Under the pieces are notes generated by a model, which had not been told where the DNA came from, did not search any database, and was given only the letters and a program-made list of their open reading frames with translations. A program made the translations under genes and the position numbers. A DNA stretch of 63,997 nt, the filler included, from Octopus bimaculoides (lineage: Eukaryota): the NCBI RefSeq assembly GCF_001194135.2. It is 7 parts of 7 records of this genome, joined end to end, with 100 filler letters (N's around TTAATTAATTAA, not from the genome) between each part and the next. Parts side by side here need not be neighbours in the genome. Positions count along the whole stretch, not along the records: positions 48,235 to 62,744 come from NC_069002.1; positions 62,845 to 63,997 come from NW_026371399.1; 5 more parts are not named here. The stretch is one strand, 5' to 3'. How positions within the stretch are numbered: the stretch's first letter is position 1; every line of letters starts with the position of its first letter. Below are positions 59,365 through 63,997 of the stretch, piece by piece.

Positions 59365-60100
59365 TACTCAAGGCACAAGGCCCGAAATTTTTGGGGAGGG
59401 AGCCTGTCGATTAGATCGACCCCAGTATGCAACTGGAATTTAATCTATTGACCCCGAAAGGTTGAAAGGCAAAGTAGACCTCGGCGGTATTTGAACTCAG
59501 AACGTAAAGACAAAGGAAATATCGCTAAGCATTTTGCCCGGGGTGCTAACGTTTCTGCCAGCTCGCCGCCTAAATAGACTTCGAAAGAATGAATGGCCAA
59601 GTCAACTACGATGGAATTTGAGCCCAGAAAGTAAAGACGAACGAAATACAGGTGCAACTCGTTTTTGTCAGCTGAGTGAACTGAGTGAAATAAAATGTCT
59701 TGCACCAGGACACAACTCGTCGCCGGAAATTGAACTCACAACCTTACGATCATAAGCCGAATACCGTAACCACTAAGCCACGCGCCTTTACATGGTATAT
59801 GTATATTCTATCTGAAGACTTACTATAATTTACAAACCATACCGAAGGCGGCTAGCTGGCAGAATGGTTAGCATGCCGGACGAAATGCCCTAAGGATTTC
59901 GTTCGTCTTTACCTCACGACTGAAACGTTTTAACTACTGAGCTATGTGCCTTCACACCTGTTCTCAACCGGTACATATAATTATCGACACCGAAAGGATG
60001 AACGGCAAAGTTGACCACGGTGGAGTTTGAACTTAGACGGATGAAATGTTGCTAAGCACTTTGTCTGGCCTGCTAACGATTCTGCCAGATCAACGCCTTA
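59365..60100. mobile_element. Cluster of SINE-A (59365-59571 -, 59845-59915 +, 59970-60100 -) and SINE-C (59650-59790 -) copies
   Basis: Recognisable heads and cores as in the other copies. Confidence 0.8.
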
Positions 60101-61789
60101 TTGGGGACTATGAATATTTGTAGTGCCTTTTGTGTCAGACAACTCCACCTATCCAGAGATGATCAGGTGGAGTGACACTACAGGTCCTCATTCAACCCCT
60201 AACCTCTCAGCTGATGGTTCCCAGCCGAAGACAGACAGCAACCCAACACTCAGCTGACTTGTGATCAGCGCCAATCCGACAACTGCCGTTCCATCGGTAT
60301 TTTCTGCCATAGGTGTACCAACTAATGTTACATTATACAATATGTAGCTGTTCCTGTCCATAAATCGAAGCTAGGGTGTGATTAGAAGAATTTTGGCATT
60401 ACATCTGATAGGTCGAAGGACCACCATAATATAAGATCATTAGACGACTGGACACATTAGTAACGTATGTCTGATGCTGGCGATAGCTGTAGTATTCGTG
60501 GTGGTCGGGGTTATATCATGGAAGTTAAGGTATGTTATAGAGCACGATAGCTAATACATTCTAAATGATTAATTACTTATATTCACACACACACACACAT
60601 ATACACATGCACACACACATACACACGCATAGATATATATAAATAGATATAGAGGAAAATATAGATAGATAGATAGATAGACAGATATTAAAGGAACATT
60701 AATTCTTAGTTTTGCAGAGAGGTTAAAACTATGTTAATTGAAAAGGTATGCCTTAAGCTTAAAACTCTAGAAATATATATATANNNNNNNNNNNNNNNNN
60801 NNNNNNNNNNNNNNNNNNNNNNNNNNNNNNNNNNNNNNNNNNNNNNNNNNNNNNNNNNNNNNNNNNNNNNNNNNNNNNNNNNNNNNNNNNNNNNNNNNNN
60901 NNNNNNNNNNNNNNNNNNNNNNNNNNNNNNNNNNNNNNNNNNNNNNNNNNNNNNNNNNNNNNNNNNNNNNNNNNNNNNNNNNNNNNNNNNNNNNNNNNNN
61001 NNNNNNNNNNNNNNNNNNNNNNNNNNNNNNNNNNNNNNNNNNNNNNNNNNNNNNNNNNNNNNNNNNNNNNNNNNNNNNNNNNNNNNNNNNNNNNNNNNNN
61101 NNNNNNNNNNNNNNNNNNNNNNNNNNNNNNNNNNNNNNNNNNNNNNNNNNNNNNNNNNNNNNNNNNNNNNNNNNNNNNNNNNNNNNNNNNNNNNNNNNNN
61201 NNNNNNNNNNNNNNNNNNNNNNNNNNNNNNNNNNNNNNNNNNNNNNNNNNNNNNNNNNNNNNNNNNNNNNNNNNNNNNNNNNNNNNNNNNNNNNNNNNNN
61301 NNNNNNNNNNNNNNNNNNNNNNNNNNNNNNNNNNNNNNNNNNNNNNNNNNNNNNNNNNNNNNNNNNNNNNNNNNNNNNNNNNNNNNNNNNNNNNNNNNNN
61401 NNNNNNNNNNNNNNNNNNNNNNNNNNNNNNNNNNNNNNNNNNNNNNNNNNNNNNNNNNNNNNNNNNNNNNNNNNNNNNNNNNNNNNNNNNNNNNNNNNNN
61501 NNNNNNNNNNNNNNNNNNNNNNNNNNNNNNNNNNNNNNNNNNNNNNNNNNNNNNNNNNNNNNNNNNNNNNNNNNNNNNNNNNNNNNNNNNNNNNNNNNNN
61601 NNNNNNNNNNNNNNNNNNNNNNNNNNNNNNNNNNNNNNNNNNNNNNNNNNNNNNNNNNNNNNNNNNNNNNNNNNNNNNNNNNNNNNNNNNNNNNNNNNNN
61701 NNNNNNNNNNNNNNNNNNNNATATATATATATATACATATACACAGGTATGTATATGTATTCATATATATACATATAAATATATTATTT

Positions 61790-61893
61790 TATTGTTTTGT
61801 TCCAGTAATTCGACTGCGGCCATGCTGGAACACCGCTTTTAGTCGAGAAGCTCGACCCAGGACCTATTCTTTGTAAGCTCAGTACTTATTCTA
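61790..61893 (-). mobile_element. SINE-B 3' fragment
   Basis: GACTGCGGCCATGCTGGAACACCGC..AGTACTTATTCTATCGGTCTC. Confidence 0.75.
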
Positions 61894-61899
61894 TCGGTC

Positions 61900-62560
61900 T
61901 CTGGTTAAATTCTGGGATTATACAGAACCAGGAAAAGGGATACCATAAAGCTCTTGTGGAAAACATTTTTTTATCAATCGTTTGGATTACTGCTCCCATC
62001 TGTGGTAAGAGCAGAGCGTCAAAATGATGGCGGAATCTGAAGCAATTTAGCGCCACTACAGAAAGAAGATTGAATCGGTGAAACAGATGAGTTACTGGGA
62101 GAGGTTAATGAAACTGAAGTTCTACTCCATAGAGAGAAAGCGTGAAAGATATGCAGGGATATGCATATGCAAGATTCTGGAAGATCTAGCTCCAAACTTT
62201 AGAACTGAAAGCAATGCCAACCACCAAATTGGACAGTACTGTATTGTGATAAAAGATCTCACCTTCCCCGTCTAGAATATGGATTAAGTACAGTAACATC
62301 TTGGGATTTAAGGCTCCACAACAATTCAACATTCTGCTGAATAAACCCAGAAATTTGCGAAGTGCAGATGTGGAGGTCTTCAAAGAATGTATGGACAAAA
62401 GGCGTATGGACAATGAGCGTATGGTCAAAGGGCGAATGCAGCCAACCCACTACCTCATCATACACAGGAGAGAAAAGAAACCGAATTACACTGGAAGGCG
62501 GAGCTTCAGCATGGCCTCAGCCTCTCGCTAAATCCAGTAAGCATTGAACGACAAAAGATT
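61900..62560 (+). mobile_element. CR1/L2-group LINE, decayed C-terminal (post-RT) region
   Basis: NRLDYCSHLW, SYWERLMKLKFYSIERKRERYAGICICKIL and GFKAPQQFNIL, with in-frame stops. Confidence 0.75.
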
Positions 62561-62601
62561 TATACAAACACACAAACACATACATACAGATGCATACACA
62601 C

Positions 62602-62684
<83 letters not shown>

Positions 62685-62711
62685 ATATACATGTATATGC
62701 ATGTATATATA

Positions 62712-62744
<33 letters not shown>

Positions 62745-62844
62745 NNNNNNNNNNNNNNNNNNNNNNNNNNNNNNNNNNNNNNNNNNNNTTAATTAATTAA
62801 NNNNNNNNNNNNNNNNNNNNNNNNNNNNNNNNNNNNNNNNNNNN
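62745..62844. other. Artificial assembly spacer
   Basis: 44 N + TTAATTAATTAA + 44 N. Confidence 0.95.
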
Positions 62845-62887
<43 letters not shown>

Positions 62888-62990
62888 TTAAATTTATCAA
62901 CAATTATACTATATTGTGTGTGAAGATGTGTATCTATTCTGCATACAACACAACACAGGCATACATTTATAATGAATGCATGTAAATGCA

Positions 62991-63031
<41 letters not shown>

Positions 63032-63174
63032 NNNNNNNNNNNNNNNNNNNNNNNNNNNNNNNNNNNNNNNNNNNNNNNNNNNNNNNNNNNNNNNNNNNNN
63101 NNNNNNNNNNNNNNNNNNNNNNNNNNNNNNNNNNNNNNNNNNNNNNNNNNNNNNNNNNNNNNNNNNNNNNNNNN

Positions 63175-63208
<34 letters not shown>

Positions 63209-63403
63209 TGCAAGTAAGCAGCACACATGTGGAGGTATGCACAATTTAATAAACATTTATAATGGGGATATATGTATATATATGTATATATACATATACA
63301 TTGCATGCATATACACATCAATCTGCATGTATGAATGTACTTTATGTGTGTGTGTGTGTGTGTGTGTGTAAATAATATTGTGCATGTATGTGTATGTACA
63401 TAG

Positions 63404-63454
<51 letters not shown>

Positions 63455-63600
63455 TATAAATAGTATTATGCATGTATGAATGTGCATGTGTGTATATATG
63501 TATGTGTATAAGTATTATGCATGTATGTGTATTTGCATATATATGTATCTGCATAAAACATACATACACACACACACGGAGCTTATGCATGCACAGACAA
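62845..63600. repeat. (GT)n/(TA)n/(CA)n low-complexity region with a gap
   Basis: Direct inspection. Confidence 0.9.
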
Positions 63601-63862
63601 ACCCATCACACATATCCGAGTACTTGTTTCTGCCTATACTGCCACCTCACCCTTTCAAATTCCCCTACAATCTCTCTCTCTCCCTGCTACATACCACACA
63701 TACACTAACACCTCTACTCTATTTCATTCTTGTCAATACATTGAGTTGTGCAGCTCTGTTGCAGTAACTATTGATTTTATACTATACATACATATATATA
63801 TATATATATACATACATACATACATATATATATATATATATTACGCCTGTAAGTGATAGCTA

Positions 63863-63894
<32 letters not shown>

Positions 63895-63997
63895 GGGTGT
63901 GTGTATGTGTGTATTTATGTATGGATGGTTCTAAATTCTAGTCTTCTAGTCTTTTGCTATGTGATTTCTCTGAACTCAGTTGCCAAGAGTAACAAAC

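Overview
AT-rich, microsatellite- and retroelement-dense animal genomic DNA with many N gaps. The tandem C2H2 zinc-finger style and the SINE families fit a coleoid cephalopod, probably Octopus (inference, not a database result). Six identical 100-bp artificial spacers (44 N + TTAATTAATTAA + 44 N) split the window into seven joined segments, so adjacency across them is not guaranteed. The only well-supported host coding sequence is a C2H2 zinc-finger exon (3592-5301, +) with 20 complete fingers; its 5' end lies in a gap and a decayed finger follows the stop. The rest is mostly transposon debris. DNA transposons: one full-length but frameshifted mariner, three other Tc1/mariner relics and several MITE/foldback elements. 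LINEs: fragments of RTE, Hero-like, L1/Tx1-like, CR1/L2-like and R4/Dong-like (RLE) types. SINEs: several tRNA-headed families, labelled A, B and C here (my labels). There is no CRISPR array, rRNA or bona fide tRNA gene, and I cannot demonstrate a new biological system. The best leads are: a tRNA-headed element carrying a hammerhead-ribozyme-like core; a SINE sharing its 3' tail with an L1/Tx1-like LINE; nested retroelements in (TAA)n arrays with a fixed orientation; a five-copy head-to-tail SINE-A array; and a 67-bp ungapped inverted repeat. Repeat boundaries are read by eye and are approximate.
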